From positions 401,698,001 to 401,762,000 of the forward strand of contig OZ024741.1 in NCBI GenBank assembly GCA_964016885.1: a stretch of 64,000 nt of DNA, read 5' to 3'. Source of the stretch: Eledone cirrhosa (lineage: Eukaryota). The notes under the pieces were generated by a model, which had not been told where the DNA came from, did no database searches, and saw only the letters and a list, made by a program, of their open reading frames with translations. Every line of letters begins with the position of its first letter. Within the stretch, counting starts at the first letter, position 1. Made by a program: the position numbers and the translations under genes. Shown piece after piece: positions 1 to 15,000 of this stretch.

Positions 1-51
1 TGATATCTAGCTATTGCTTACTTCTTTCATCTTTATCCTTTTACCTCTGAT

Positions 52-2515
52 TTTCCCTGTTTCCGTGGATTAGAGTGGTCTATTCCCTGTTACCATGGTT
101 TGGAGTGGTCTATTCCCTGTTACCATGGTTTGGAGTGGTCTATTCCCTGTTACCATGGTTTGGAGTGGTCTATTCCCTGTTACCATGGTTTGGAGTGGTC
201 TATTCCTTGGTTACATGGATTAGAGTGGTCTATTCCCTGTTACCATGGTTTGAAGTGGTCTATTCCATGTTACCATGGTTTGGAGTGGTCTATTCCCTGT
301 TACCATGGTTTGGAGTGGTCTATTCCATGTTTACATGGATTAGAGTGGTCTATTCCTTGTTTACATGGATTAGAGTGGTCTATTCCCTGTTACCATGGTT
401 TGGAGTGGTCTATTCCATGTTTACATGGTTTGAAGTGGTCTATTCCCTGTTACCATGGTTTGGAGTGGTCTATTCCCTGTTTACATGGTTTGGAGTGGTC
501 TATTCCCTGTTACCATGGTTTGGAGTGGTCTATTCCCTGTTACCATGGTTTGGAGTGGTCTATTCCCTGTTACCATGGTTTGGAGTGGTCTATTCCATGT
601 TTACATGGATTAGAGTGGTCTATTCCTTGTTTACATGGATTAGAGTGGTCTATTCCCTGTCTACATGGTTTGGAGTGGTCTATTCCCTGTTACCATGGTT
701 TGGAGTGGTCTATTCCATGTTACCATGGTTTGGAGTGGTCTATTCCCTGTTACCATGGTTTGGAGTGGTCTATTCCATGTTTACATGGTTTGAAGTGGTC
801 TATTCCCTGTTACCATGGTTTGGAATGGTCTATTCTCTGTTTACATGGTTTGGAGTGGTCTATTCCCTGTTACCATGGTTTGGAGTGGTCTATTCCCTGT
901 TACCATGGTTTGGAGTGGTCTATTCCCTGTTACCATGGTTTGGTGTGGTCTATTCCATGTTTACATGGTTTGAAGTGGTCTATTCCCTGTTTACATGGTT
1001 TGGAGTGGTCTATTCCCTGTTACCATGGTTTGGAGTGGTCTATTCCCTGTTACCATGGTTTGGAGTGGTCTATTCCCTGTTACCATGGTTTGGAGTGGTC
1101 TATTCCATGTTTACATGGTTTGAAGTGGTCTATTCCCTGTTACCATGGTTTGGAGTGGTCTATTCCCTGTTTACATGGTTTGGAGTGGTCTATTCCCTGT
1201 TACCATGGTTTGGAGTGGTCTATTCCATGTTTACATGGTTTGGAGTGGTCTATTCCTTGTTTACATGGATTAGAGTGGTCTATTCCCTGTTACCATGGTT
1301 TGGAGTGGTCTATTCCCTGTTACCATGGTTTGGAGTGGTCTATTCCCTGTTACCATGGTTTGGAGTGGTCTATTCCCTGTTACCATGGTTTGGAGTGGTC
1401 TATTCCCTGTTACCATGGTTTGGTGTGGTCTATTCCATGTTTACATGGTTTGAAGTGGTCTATTCCCTGTTTACATGGTTTGGAGTGGTCTATTCCCTGT
1501 TACCATGGTTTGGAGTGGTCTATTCCCTGTTACCATGGTTTGGAGTGGTCTATTCCCTGTTACCATGGTTTGGAGTGGTCTATTCCATGTTTACATGGTT
1601 TGAAGTGGTCTATTCCCTGTTACCATGGTTTGGAGTGGTCTATTCCCTGTTTACATGGTTTGGAGTGGTCTATTCCCTGTTTACATGGATTGGAGTGGTC
1701 TATTCCCTGTTTATATGGATTGGAGTGGTCTATTCCCTGTTACCATGGTTTGGAGTGGTCTATTCCCTGTTACCATGGTTTGGAGTGGTCTATTCCCTGT
1801 TACCATGGTTTGGAGTGGTCTATTCCCTGTTACCATGGTTTGGAGTTGTCTATTCCCTGTTACCATGGTTTGGAGTGGTCTATTCCCTGTTTACATGGTT
1901 TGGAGTGGTCTATTCCATGTTACCATGGTTTGAAGTGGTCTATTCCCTGTTACCATGGTTTGGAGTGGTCTATTCCCTGTTACCATGGTTTGGAGTGGTC
2001 TATTCCTTGTTTACATGGATTAGAGTGGTCTATTCCCTGTTACCATGGTTTGGAGTGGTCTATTCCATGTTACCATGGTTTGGAGTGGTTTATTCCCTGT
2101 TACCATGGTTTGGAGTGGTCTATTCCATGTTTACATGGATTAGAGTGGTCTATTCCCTGTCTACATGGTTTGGAGTGGTTTATTCCCTGTTACCATGGTT
2201 TGGAGTGGTCTATTCCTTGTTTACATGGATTAGAGTGGTCTATTCCCTGTTTATATGGTTTGGAGTGGTCTATTCCATGTTTACATGGTTTGGAGTGATC
2301 TATTCCCTGTTTATATGGATTGGAGTGGTCTATTCCCTGTTACCATGGTTTGGAGTGGTCTATTCCCTGTTTATATGGATTGGAGTGGTCTATTCCCTGT
2401 TACCATGGTTTGGGGTGGTCTATTCCCTGTTTACATGGTTTGAAGTGGTCTATTCCCTGTTACCATGGTTTGGAGTGGTCTATTGCATGTTTCCATGGAT
2501 TAGACAGGTTTATTC
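52..2515. repeat. 30-bp minisatellite (TTTGGAGTGGTCTATTCCCTGTTACCATGG), about 80 copies
   Basis: Exact 30-nt periodicity with recurring variant units. Confidence 0.97.
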
Positions 2516-2893
2516 CAACACAGCTTCCTTCCATCTGCAACATTCCTTCATCATTTCCTCTCAGGTTCAGCAATTTTAAGATCTGCTCTTACCACCTGTG
2601 TCTAGGTCTTCCTTAGTCTTCCTCTAATGCAACTTCCTTCCATTGGGAACTCCTGCCACTTTTTCACTCAAAAATCCTCATCCATACAAATACTTTATTT
2701 TTTTAGTTTACATATTTAGTTGTTAAATGGCAAATACTTATATTGACTAATCTTAAGTGAATTTTATACCATCATCATTTTTATGTTCATTTTTCCACAC
2801 TTGCTTGGATTGGACAAAGTCTTATTTTTAAGTGTTTTGTTGAAATATAAATTTCTAGAACAGCCATGAACTGTCCTACATCTCTTTTTACAG

Positions 2894-3044
2894 AATACCA
2901 AGACAGTTCGGAATAATGGACCAGATGATATTATCAACATACCGTATGGTACCACTGTCAACAGTATAAAGTTAAAATTTTATACTGTTAAACCAGATTG
3001 TGAGATGTCTGTAACAGTATCAGTTATGGGATGTTTTGAATCAA
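2894..3044 (+). CDS. Exon B1 (NTKTVRNNGPDDIINIPYGTTVNSIKLKFYTVKPDCEMSVTVSVMGCFES)
   Basis: tttttacag|AATACC ... TCAA|gtaagt, 151 nt. Confidence 0.9.
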
Positions 3045-6000
3045 GTAAGTGTGATGGTATTTAACAAACATACTCTATACAAACAAACATTTCACTATAT
3101 TCATGATTCATGATATTTATTTATGAATAAAACAAAACAAAGTAATGTTTTTTCTTACCCAGTATATTTCAACATCATATTTCAGGGCTATCACCCTCTT
3201 TTTCAAATGTAAAAACAAAAAAAAAAAAAAAAAAAAAATGTTACAAAACAAGTAATGCACTTTTTCCCTGACTGGTCCATGTATCTGGATTACACATGCA
3301 TGAAGCAGTCACAGAAGCCACTCTGCTCTATATCATTCTAATCTATTGTTTATTTGTGGCTTCTGTGTGTTGATGATTAGAGCCTCCTTAATTCTTAAAT
3401 TCCCCACATACCTGTCCATTGCCTCTATGATAACCTCAATGTCTTGGTTGCAGCATTTGTGAATTTTACTATTTTAAATGAATTAAATATTTGTTATCAT
3501 ATCATTTATCTGAAACTAATTTTCTATATTAACTGCCTTTTAACTTTAATTTTAAAAAACTATTAAATTTAATTTGGTAGGAAAATCCTGCACCAAATTA
3601 ATATATAATTCTTTCTATGGAATCTAATTGTTATTTAATGCCTTCTCTCTAGAATCTACAACTGAAGCAGCAACAACAGCTACAGGTATGTGCTTTAACA
3701 TTTCAATAATTTCAATATAAACATCTTCTTCTTGAGTCATCACTCTTTCGAAGGTGAAGCATTTATTTTGCTTTTTCTAATGGCTAGAATATATGTGACT
3801 CACCACACCTGTATAAACATCCATGCCACTGATGTTGTCCAAGGGAAAAGCAATGACCGATACAGCTTGGCACCAGTGATGTGACAACAGATACTATATA
3901 TATATATATACTATAGACGTTAAATGATGATGATGATGATGACTCTATCATCAACATCATCCTCATCATCATTATCGCGACAATTATTATCATCATCATC
4001 ATCATCATTATTATTGGATTGGCAGTATTGGTAGAGGGTCGGACACCAAGCTTTGACGTATGGAGTTACGGCCCTTGCCATTCTGAGTTCAAATCCTGCT
4101 GAGGTTAACTTAGCCTTCCATCCTTACGGGGTTGATAAAATAAAGTACCAGTAATGTACTGAGTAATTGCTGGTCTTGTGCCAAAAAGTAAAAACAATAG
4201 GAGTTCAAGACCGGCTGCCCATGGGAACTCCTATACGCTGATGATCTAATGCTTATAGCTGAATCAATGGCTGAACTAGAGAAGAAATTCCAAACATGGA
4301 AGCATGGCCTAGAATCAAAAGGCCTTAAAATTAACCTGTCTAAGACTAAAGTTCTAGTTTGTAGGAAGGAAAATAGGGCACTGGTCCCATCTGGGAAATG
4401 GCCATGCTCAGTGTGTAGGAAAGGAGTAGGCAGAAACACCATTTTATGTCCCAAATGCAAAGTATGGGTGCATAAAAGATGTAGTGGGATCACAGGTAAG
4501 CTAACTAAGAATATAGATTTTATATGTGGCCGGTGCTCAGGTGCAATAAGTAGCAGCAAGTGCCCACAGAATACTAGCCCATTCCATTGCACAGATGGTT
4601 CTATAGAAATAGTGGACACCTTCCGTTACCTGGGTGACAAAATCAGCAGTGGTGGAGGGTGCTCGGAAAGTACAGCAGCTAGAGTCAGTACGGGATGGAA
4701 AAAGTTCAGAGAGCTTATACCACTATTGGCCGCTAAGGGTTTCTCTCTAAAAATGAAAGGCAGGCTGTATGATGCCTGCATACGAACAGCAATATTACAT
4801 GGAAGTGAGACCTGGGCATTGTGTGCAGACTGGAGAGAAACGAAGCTTGCATGCTCCGTTGGATGTGTAATAGTAATATACGTGAACGGCAAAGCATAAA
4901 TGAACTAAGTGAGAAATTAGGAATAAGAGGGATCAGATGCTATTTACTCGAGAGAAGACTACGTTGGTACGGTCACGTGATGCGCATGAAAGACGACAGC
5001 TGTATAAAAAAGTGCAGAGCGATAAAAATAGACGGTAGCCACAGAGTAGGCAGACCCAGAAAAACCTGGGATGACTTGATAAATTCCGACCTCACACACT
5101 TACACCTCTCCAAGACAATGTCACTGGACCGAGATCTTTGGCGCTACATAGTAATACAGAAGACCCGCCTTGCCTAAGTACAAAGTGAAACCTACAGTCA
5201 GTAGGCACCTCTTAATCAAATATGAACCCCCATCCCACTAACCCACTCCCACCACCCCTTTCAATGTAAAGTATGTTGGTACCACAACATCCAGTCCGAA
5301 ACAAATGAGGTCGTGTAGGTGTCACAACAAAAAAACACACAGTCCACGCTGTAATGTGGCTGTGTAGGTAACACGGTAAAAACCTCCCAGTCCCACACTG
5401 TAAATGTGGTTGGTGTTAGGAAGGGCATCCAGCTGTAGAAAACCCACCAGACAGTCCTATACGAGCAAGACGACCACTCTTGCCTCAAGTGGGACAATTC
5501 CCGTCTAAACCCATGCAAGCGTGGAAGATGGACTTTAAACAATGATGATGATGATGATCAATATTACCATCATCATGATCATCATCATTATCAACACCAT
5601 CATTATCAACATCATCACCATCCTCATCATCACCATCATCACTCATTAATGTTTCTATTCCATGTTGACAGTCAATAGAAATCTAAACAATATATGTTAT
5701 CTGTTATAAATAATATTTAACAAAAACCTTCAGATCATCATCATCATCATTAGATAGTGTTATAAAGTGGCTATCATGTGACGATTTCTGTGTATGTATT
5801 GGTAGGTATGTAAGTATATGTGTGTGTGTGTGTAGTAGAGGTGCAAATGAATTGCTTCCACAGGCAGTATGCCAAGATAAACACTCAATGCTCATATTTC
5901 CATTTATTATTATTATTATTATTATTATTTATATACATACATAGAGAAATATATATATAGATATAGATATAGATTAAATTTTTTGGCAGCATGACCCTCC

Positions 6001-9000
6001 TAAAGTATAACAATATATATATATACTAGCAGATTTACCCGGCGTTGCTCAGGGTTTGAAATTATGCTAAGAATATACAGCTAGGAAGTAAAAGAAGAAC
6101 ATTATTTGCACCCAACCTGTCAAAATAAGCAGAAGTCTTCAATAATTAATGCAAACGAATATTTAGTGCAATCTTTGTACACATAAAACTATGCTGATAA
6201 TGAAGGAAAACACTGAACAGGATGTAGTTATACAAATGATTAAAGACAATACACGTTGCAAATCTGTAAAAAAAACAGGCAGTTTTGCTAAAGTACAAAA
6301 AGTTGTAATGGAAGCAGAGTTGTATACAAACAAAAAAACAATGAGAGTAGAATAAGAGAAAATCTATTCTTTGAGAGCATCCTTTGCTGTGTATGGTTAA
6401 ATTTTGAACTTATAATCCAAAATATCCTGCATGACATATTCATTGGTATGTTTTGTAATGAGTAAGGTGAAGTCAAGGCAGAGCTGTAATAAGTTTTTTT
6501 GATAACACTAAAGCACTTCAGGATAGTTGATATTCTTTGTTTTTCTTTTCGGAACAAACGCAAAGAGATTATCTCGACTGCCAACTCGTGAGCAGGCAAC
6601 GTAGAATTGTCCGTGCGAAAAGCAAGGTTCATCCAAGTGAATTCCAGTGACGGACATAGTTTGACCTTGCGACTTGTTTATGGACATCGCAAAAGCAACA
6701 CGAAGGGGAAATTGGGTTCGGCGAAAGGAGAAGGGAGTATCCACACCTGATGTAGTCAGGCTAATTTTTGTTATTATCACATCCTCGCCTTTTCCACATC
6801 CGGATAGAATGGTAGCGTCAATACTAAATGGAGACAGTTTTTTAACCACAAGGCGTGTGACATTGCATAGTTTTGGAGGAGTGATATTTCTCAGCAAAAT
6901 AACTTTCAGAACCAATGTATTAGGAGGTAAACCAGGAGGATTTAAAGAATTCAGAAATTCAACTGGATAGTTGACCACATCCTGTGGATCACATACAGTA
7001 TCAATAGATTTATATATCCGTGGACATCCAGGAAGAATCCTGTTCAGTATGTTCCTTCATTGTCAAAAAAGTTTGATGTGTACAAATACAGCTGGGAGCA
7101 TAGATAATGCCTGCCTCAAATGTGGACGAAATTACCTTAAAAATGTAAAATCTGTAGGTTTCAATGTTTTTAATGGAAAGTCCCATAAGGATTGTTCTAA
7201 AATTAAACAAACCATCATCAAAATCATGTCAATTCGAGACTGCTGCGAGATTAGGCCCTTAACGCGAAAATTAACACTTAATATAGTGAAACAAGTTAAA
7301 ACAACAAGTGTTTTTTTTAACTTTGAAAGTGCAACAAAGAATAAACAAGAAACAAACAATAATATTAGTGATTTATCTTCAAATGAATTTGATGTTTATA
7401 TTTATTAAATTTCGTCTGACGATGATTGTTGTTTTACAATTGAAAACGAAGGTCTCCATATTACACTCTCTTTATAAGGATTGTCAATAAAGTTCGTTAT
7501 CTCCCTTTTTTTATAAGGATTGTCAATAAAGTTGGTTATCTCCCTTACATCAAATTTGATATCGATTTTTTATTGCTCAACGTGGGTTGATTGGAACCTA
7601 AGCAACCTGTGCAACGTGCACAGAAAATTTGGTCACATTCGGTTGGTAATTGTAAAAGCCATAGGTATCCAAAGTTGTACACAGACACACACACACATCC
7701 TCGCTTTTATATATATAAAGATATATATATGTGAAAAAATGGGGAGAAGAATATTGCAGGTTGCACATGGATAACATGTAATAAAATAAGTCCCTCATCA
7801 GTGATTTGCCGACGATCATAGATATTTCATTGCATTAAAAATCATATACCTCACGTCGGTGCAATAATAACTAAATTAAGTTATTAGGACAATTAAAACG
7901 CGTAAAGCGAGTGAGACAAGATAAGAACAAAGAGGAGAGCTAACCGTAGAAGGAAGGGAACAAGCTTCATAGTTATTCTGTTAGCATAAGCTAAGTGAAT
8001 ATATGAGCGCTTAGAAAAAAGACCTTTTGGGAACGAATTCAAATGTGAGAAAGAGAGAAAATGTTTTCGCCGCGAACGGGATGAAGTGAGAAGAGGAGAA
8101 ACAGTGAGTGAGTGAGTGGAAGTGTGAGGAAGAGTTAACTGACAAGACAGAGGGGGCGAAAGAAAGTAGGAGAAACAGAGAGAACGAGGGAGCAGTAAGA
8201 GAGAGAGAGAGAAAAAAAACAGAATCGCAGTTTAGGTAAATATAAGTGAAAAAATATATATATATATATTTGTGTGTGTGTGTGCATATAAAGTGTGAGA
8301 TGAAAATTTTACCTTTTATGTTGAGGCCTTATTAAATAGTTTTCTTTCTTTCTGTAAATACAGAGTCTTGGTGTGTGTTTAATGATGGTTTAGCTGATGC
8401 CTCATTGATAAGAAGTTGGGATATTAAGACTTCAAGTAATGAAGAATATGTCAATTCAATCAGACCTGGTGGAAAAGGATGGAAACCTGCTCTCAATGAT
8501 ACTAAACGTACAGTGAGAATTTTTGTAGGAGATTCTTTAAGATATGGTGGATCAATAAGATTACTCCATACTAAATATGTTGAGAAGTTTGATGTCATAC
8601 TCTCTGATGGACAGGTAAATTATATCTTTATTTAAAATGATAATTTTATTAATATAGTTAATACAAACATTGTGAGATATGTAATAAATGACTGATAGAT
8701 ATTTCAGAAAGTCAGTACAATGTGGCAGAAATATATAAAGGGTAAAGGATGGCAAATAAAATAAAACAAAGTAATGTTTATCTTACTCAGAATATTTCAA
8801 CATGATATTTCAGGGTTATAACCTCTTTTCAAATATAAAAACAAAAAACTGATCCAAGTATCTTGATTACACATGTAATAGAAGCCACTCTGCTCTGTCA
8901 TTCTAATCTATTATTTATTTGTGGCTTCGTTGTTGATGATTAGAGCCTCCTTAATTCTTAAATTCTCCACATACCTGTCCATTGCCTCTATGATTAACGC

Positions 9001-12000
9001 AATGTCTTGGTGCAACATTTGCGAATTTTATTATTTTAAATAAATTAAATATTTATTACATGGGCGGAGGTGGTGAGAGCAGACCTCAGATCGCTGAAGC
9101 TCACTGAGGACATGATGAAGGACCGTGACAAGTGGAGAGATGCTGTGCTGAATAGGACCCGTCCCTCCCTTACAAGCAGGGAAAAGCGGACGTAAAATGA
9201 TGATGATTTATCTGAAACTAAATATGTGTAGTATGAAAAAATATTTATAAATGTTAAATTACATTGCCTTATTCTGCACCTTACCTTTTTTTTCTATGTC
9301 ACGATATATGAGGGTCAGCAGAAAAGTTCAAAGACTGACCAAAATACTCTCATGGAATGACCAAATGAGGTTTATTTTTCAATGTAGTCCCTGGAAAGAA
9401 ATAATGTAGTTATTAATAAGAAGAGCTGAAATTAATGCAAGATTTCACAGCTCTAGCATCATGCCGTCATAGTCAGCCTCTGAACTTCCCAGCTGAACCA
9501 TGTACATCTAAAAATCTCTATGATCATTATTATAATCATCATCACCATCATCACAATGAGTTCTGAATTTGTTTTTCCATGTTTTCTCTCATGGCTTGGA
9601 TGAACTGCTTTGAGGAAACTTCTCTGGCTGCAAATGAAAAGGGAATAGTTGAAAGATATTAACTAAGAGAATACTGTATAAGGATTCAATAAGAAGGGGG
9701 GAGGAAGAGAGAGCAAGTGAAAGAGAGGAGAGACAGAGCGAAGAACAAGAGAGAGAGAGAGAGAGAGAGAGTCTAATAAAACAAAACAAGATTGAAAGAA
9801 AAAGTATAATTAAGTCACAGAGAAAAACAATCAGCACATGTGTGTGTGTGTGTGTGCACGTGTGTGTGTGCACGTGTGTGTGTGCATATCTGTATTGGGG
9901 ATATTTATGTATTAAAGAGTTCAAATAATTGTTTCTACTTTTGGCACAAGGCCAGCAAATTACCCAGTATGTTACTGGTACTTTATTTTATCGATCCCCA
10001 TAAGGATGAAAGGCAAAGTTAACCTTGGAGGGATTTGAACTCAGTATGTAAAGGGACTTAACTCTATGCTAGAAAGCATGGCGTTCGACCCTCTACCGAT
10101 ACTGCCAATCCACATAATTTAAAGGTGTTGGGAATGTTCTCAATGCTATACATATTTAAAATTCATAAAGATATAGTAAATGTAGAAAAATAGTGATTCA
10201 TTGTGAAATAATCAATCCAGATATTTTAACACCTTATTTAGGTAGAATTCAAAGTTGGTGAAAATCATCAAAATATTGACCCCAAATGTAAGCCAATCCC
10301 CCATTTTATGGGCGATTGTTTTTCGTAATATATTCCTCAGTTTATATTTGAGTATATATAGTGTTTCCTTAGTATATTGTTGGTGTGTTTTAATGTAAAT
10401 TTCTAAAATAGACAATGTTATCTAGGATCTGTCTTTTTTACAGAATACCAAGACAGTTCGGAATAATGGACCAGATGATATTATCAAAATACCTTTTGGT
10501 ACCACTGTCAATAGTATAACATTAAAATTTTATACTGTTAAATCAGATTGTCAGCTGTCTGTAACAGTATCAGTTATGGGATGTTTTGAATCAAGTAAGT
10601 GGGATTGTATTTAACAAACATACATTTCACTATATTTTACAAACAAACATTTCACTATATTCAACAAACATACATTTCACAATATTTAACAAACATACAT
10701 TTCACAATATTTAACAAACATACATTTCACAATATTTAACAAACATACATTTCACAATATTTAACAAACATACATTTCACAATATTTAACAAACATACAT
10801 TTCACAATATTTACAAACATGTCTGTAACAGTATCAGTTATGTGATGCTTTGAATCACGTAAGTATTATTGTTATTTTAAAATATACTTTTGAACATGCC
10901 ATTGTTATTTTAAAATATACTTTTGAACATGCCATTGTTATGTAGAATTAGAATTATAAAACTAATATTGTATACTACAGTGTAACCCATGTCAACAGGG
11001 AGAGCAGACATTTAGTTATGATGTTGTTATATACTAGTGAAGGTGCATAGCTTAGTGGTTAGAGAATTGGAGTCGCAATTGTGAGGTTGCAAGTTCAATT
11101 CCTAGTCTGGGGAAATGCGTTATGTTCTTAAACAATGCACTTTATTTCATGTTGCTCTCACCTCAGGTAGATAGTACCAATAGTTGGAAAGATCAATAGA
11201 AACATTGCTTCCTTAGTCTGATATGACAAGTTCCACCCCACTTGGTCAGCAAATGAAGTTTAGGATCTTGTTGATTGATTCCTTCAATATCTTGATCAAC
11301 CAGGAGTTGTGATTGGTAGATAATATTAGCAATGGAAACATTGTTTCCCCGGTCCAATTTGACGAGCTCCACCTCACCCCACTCAGTAAGCTAAGGAGGT
11401 CTGGGATCTTGTTGATCAATTCCTTCAAGTATCTTGATCTGCCAGGAGTTGTGACCAATAGATAGTGTCAGCAATGAAAAGACCAATGGAAGCATTGCTT
11501 CCTTGGTCTGATTATACAAGTTCAGGCCAAATGAATACTGGGTCAATCAAATTTAATATACTATAGATTGTTAAATCTTGTTTTAAAATATTGATAAATT
11601 ATACATGATATAATTGGTATAACTTGCAATAACATAATATATAGTTGTTTCTATGGGATCTTATTGTTGTTTAATGTCGTTTAATGTCTTCTTTCTAGAA
11701 TCTACAACTGAAGCAGCTACAACAGCTACAGGTATGGAGTTTACAAATTACACTAAACAGATTTCTCTCTTACATATTTATTGGTGATTGCAGAATAATA
11801 AAAACAGAATGTTTTCATGTTATATGCAAAGTACAAGACTTACGAAATACCTTTAGTTGATGACAGGATTAATAATATGTTGGAAATTGTCATTTCTTCT
11901 TCTTGGTTCCTTAACTCTTGATTGAATCGTAGGGGTGCCATAGCAACATACGGTGTTTCTTGGGCATTTTTAAAACCTGGCAGACCCCCATCTATCTCCA

Positions 12001-15000
12001 GGCCTGAGAACAGCAGATTTCTTCCAGAGAAGGATAAAAAGTGAGAAAGAGATATAGAGGAAGATTCGACCCTAGTACTAGACTGGTACTTTTTTATCAA
12101 CCTCCAAAGGATGAAAGGCAAAGTTGAATTCAGAGTGTATAGAGCTGATACAAAAGCCACAAAACACTTTATCCAACTTTCTAACGACTCTGTCATTTCT
12201 ACAGGACTAAATCAATATGGTTTTTTAGTCATCTAATTATAAGATCATGTGGTTGATTATTGCTTAATTACAAAAATCTTTTATTTTGTTTAATATCAAA
12301 TTATTAAATTCACTTTCCTTTTCTTTACCTCTGGCTTAAAATTGACTCACTTTGTTTTTACCATAAAAATAAGATGTTTAACCTATATACTTATATCATC
12401 ATCATAATTGTTTAAGGTCTATTTTTCCATGCTTGTAAGGGCTAGATGGGTTGTTGTGTTATAAGAAGAGTCAGGCCAGGGGACCACATTTTGCTCATAG
12501 GGATTTGTATGTTGGCTTGGTTTCAATGGCTGGATACTCTTCCTAAAACCAACCACTTCACATAAAAATTGTAAATCATAACGAAAGAAAATATTAAGTC
12601 AATACTAAGTAGCGTGTGTCAATTAGTCACAAGGGAGGCTCCAGCACACCTTGGGTACTGGAGCCTCCCTCAAATACTTTTTGAGGCAAGTTAACACACT
12701 GGCTGCATTACCACGGGTGGACTTATCTATAAGCTAAATAAGCTATAGTTTAGAGCCACCCACACAGAGGGGGGGGGGGCTCATTTTTTAATATATATTT
12801 TTATTTTATCATTAGTTTTTATTCTATAACACTAAATCATCAAATTATATATGATGGCGATGATGATGATGATAAATGTGATGCTGATGATTATGATGAT
12901 GGTGGTGATGATTATGAATATGATGATGATGATGGTGGTGATGATTATGAATATGATGATGTAGTGACCTTGTTAAATATATATTTTTCTTTCTGTAAAT
13001 ACAGAGTCTTGGTGTGTGTTTAATGATGGTTTAGCTGATGCCTCATTAATAAGAAGTTGGGATATTAAGACTTCAAGTAATGAAGAATATGTCAATTCAA
13101 TCAGACCTGGTGGAAAAGGATGGAAACCTGCTCTCAATGATACTAAACGTACAGTAAGAATTTTTGTAGGAGATTCTTTAAGATATGGTGGATCAATAAG
13201 GTTACTCCAGACTAAATATGTTGAGAAGTTTGATGTCATACTCTCTAATGGACAGGTAAATTATATCTTTATCTATAAAGTAATTTTTTATTATTTTTAT
13301 ACTAACATGGCATTGTTATTATTTAGTAAAAAATATTTGAGCAACGGTAGAAATGTAATATTAATGAATATGAAGGCCAAAGTACAAATGGACTGAAATG
13401 AATAATTAGTTATATAAAAGTATTTAGATGTAGTGTGCAACTAAGAAGGATGCATTGGTACAGACATGTGATGCACCTATAAAGAATTACAGCTGTATAA
13501 AGAAGTGAAGTAGAAATCTATAGAAACAGTAGAGAAAGACAAATCTGACATAAAACTGTTATATAAGACACAAGTATCTAAACTATAATAAAGTAAGGAG
13601 CGCGGGACTGTGTAAATGTTTATAATTTTTTATCCCATTAGTAAAATAAGTTGAATTACTTTGAATAAATATTGAATGAAAATTGCATAATTTATCTACT
13701 AAATTTCGTGACTGTTGATTAAATATATTTTATTGTTTATTTTAAGATTCACTTCTTTAAAATTTTCAAATGTCAACACTTCCGGTTAGCGATTGCTTAA
13801 ATAAATATTCATATATTTCCGTACACTAATTTTCTCCTAATGCAGTTTATATATAATATCGGTTTTTTTTTATGTATCATGGATTACGTTACTGATTACA
13901 TAAGACAGTGTAACACAGTCTTCATTCAATTTCCGTGTATATTGTCAATTACGATGTTATTTGATGTATCATATCTACATGTATATATACTTGCGTATAA
14001 TACCAATATGCACACTACACATGCTAGCAGAAAACCCACCCGAAGGGTGCTTTTTCTGATAATAAAAGTAAATGACTCAGCCATTTCACCACCTCCTTTT
14101 CTCTACTTTAAATAATTATCTAGTAAACCTTGTTTAAGAATTTGTTTAGTACATTGTTGATAGGTTTGAATGTAAATTTCTAAAATAGACATTGTTATCT
14201 AGGATGTGTCTTTTTACAGCATACCAAACATATTCGGAACAAAGGACCAGATGATATTATCAAAATACCTTTTGGTTCCACTGTCACCAATATAAAATTA
14301 AAATTTTATTCTGTTAGAACAGATTGTGAGATGTCTGTAACAGTATCAGTTATGGGATGTTTTGAATCAAGTAAGTGTGATTGTTATTTTTAAAACATAT
14401 ATTTCCATCTGGTATTGCTAAATACAATTATATTTTCAAACATACTTTACCAAACAATATATTGTTATTTCCAAATCATATTTATGAAAGCTGGTATTAC
14501 AAGGTTCGGCTAAAAATTTTGTTGGATGACCTAGCATCACTCCTTCATAACCAGATCATGAACTTTTCCATTGTTAAATTATTCTAGTTTAATTATAGCA
14601 GTAACAAAATATCTTGTAACAGTGTTCCGTATAAAGATTTATCATATTTGCTGGAGTATTAGAAGTATTTTGTTTTATGAAAAAAACATAAAAGATCTTC
14701 TCTGCATCCAATTCACCCGTATCACCGATGGGTGGCCGAATGGTGGGTAAGGGCAATCATTGTTAAAAAAGTTAGTTTGTATGACTATTAGTATTACCAA
14801 TACAGTAATACAATACAGTTTAGTTTATATTATTATTAGTATTACCAATACAGTAATACAACACAATTTAGTTACCAATACAGTAATACAGTTTAGTTAG
14901 TATTACCAATACAGTAATACAATTTAGTTAGTATTATTATTAGTATTACCAATACAGTAATACAATTTAGTTAGTATTACTATTAGTATCACCAATACAG

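Noticed and set aside
75-2579. 834-aa and 732-aa repetitive ORFs
   Set aside because: By-product of a stop-free 30-bp minisatellite open in more than one frame; apparently LINE-derived and probably intronic.
3125-3500. Segment similar to 8757-9060
   Set aside because: Lies in non-equivalent introns with no exon signal; probably an unclassified interspersed repeat.
8332-8598. Recurring antisense ORF MTSNFSTYLV... opposite most A exons
   Set aside because: Shadow of the conserved sense exon; its ends vary with intron sequence.
8375-8635. A exons read as a family of stand-alone small genes
   Set aside because: Similarity stops at AG/GT splice sites, the ORF-track starts are not ATG, and phases join to exons B and C.
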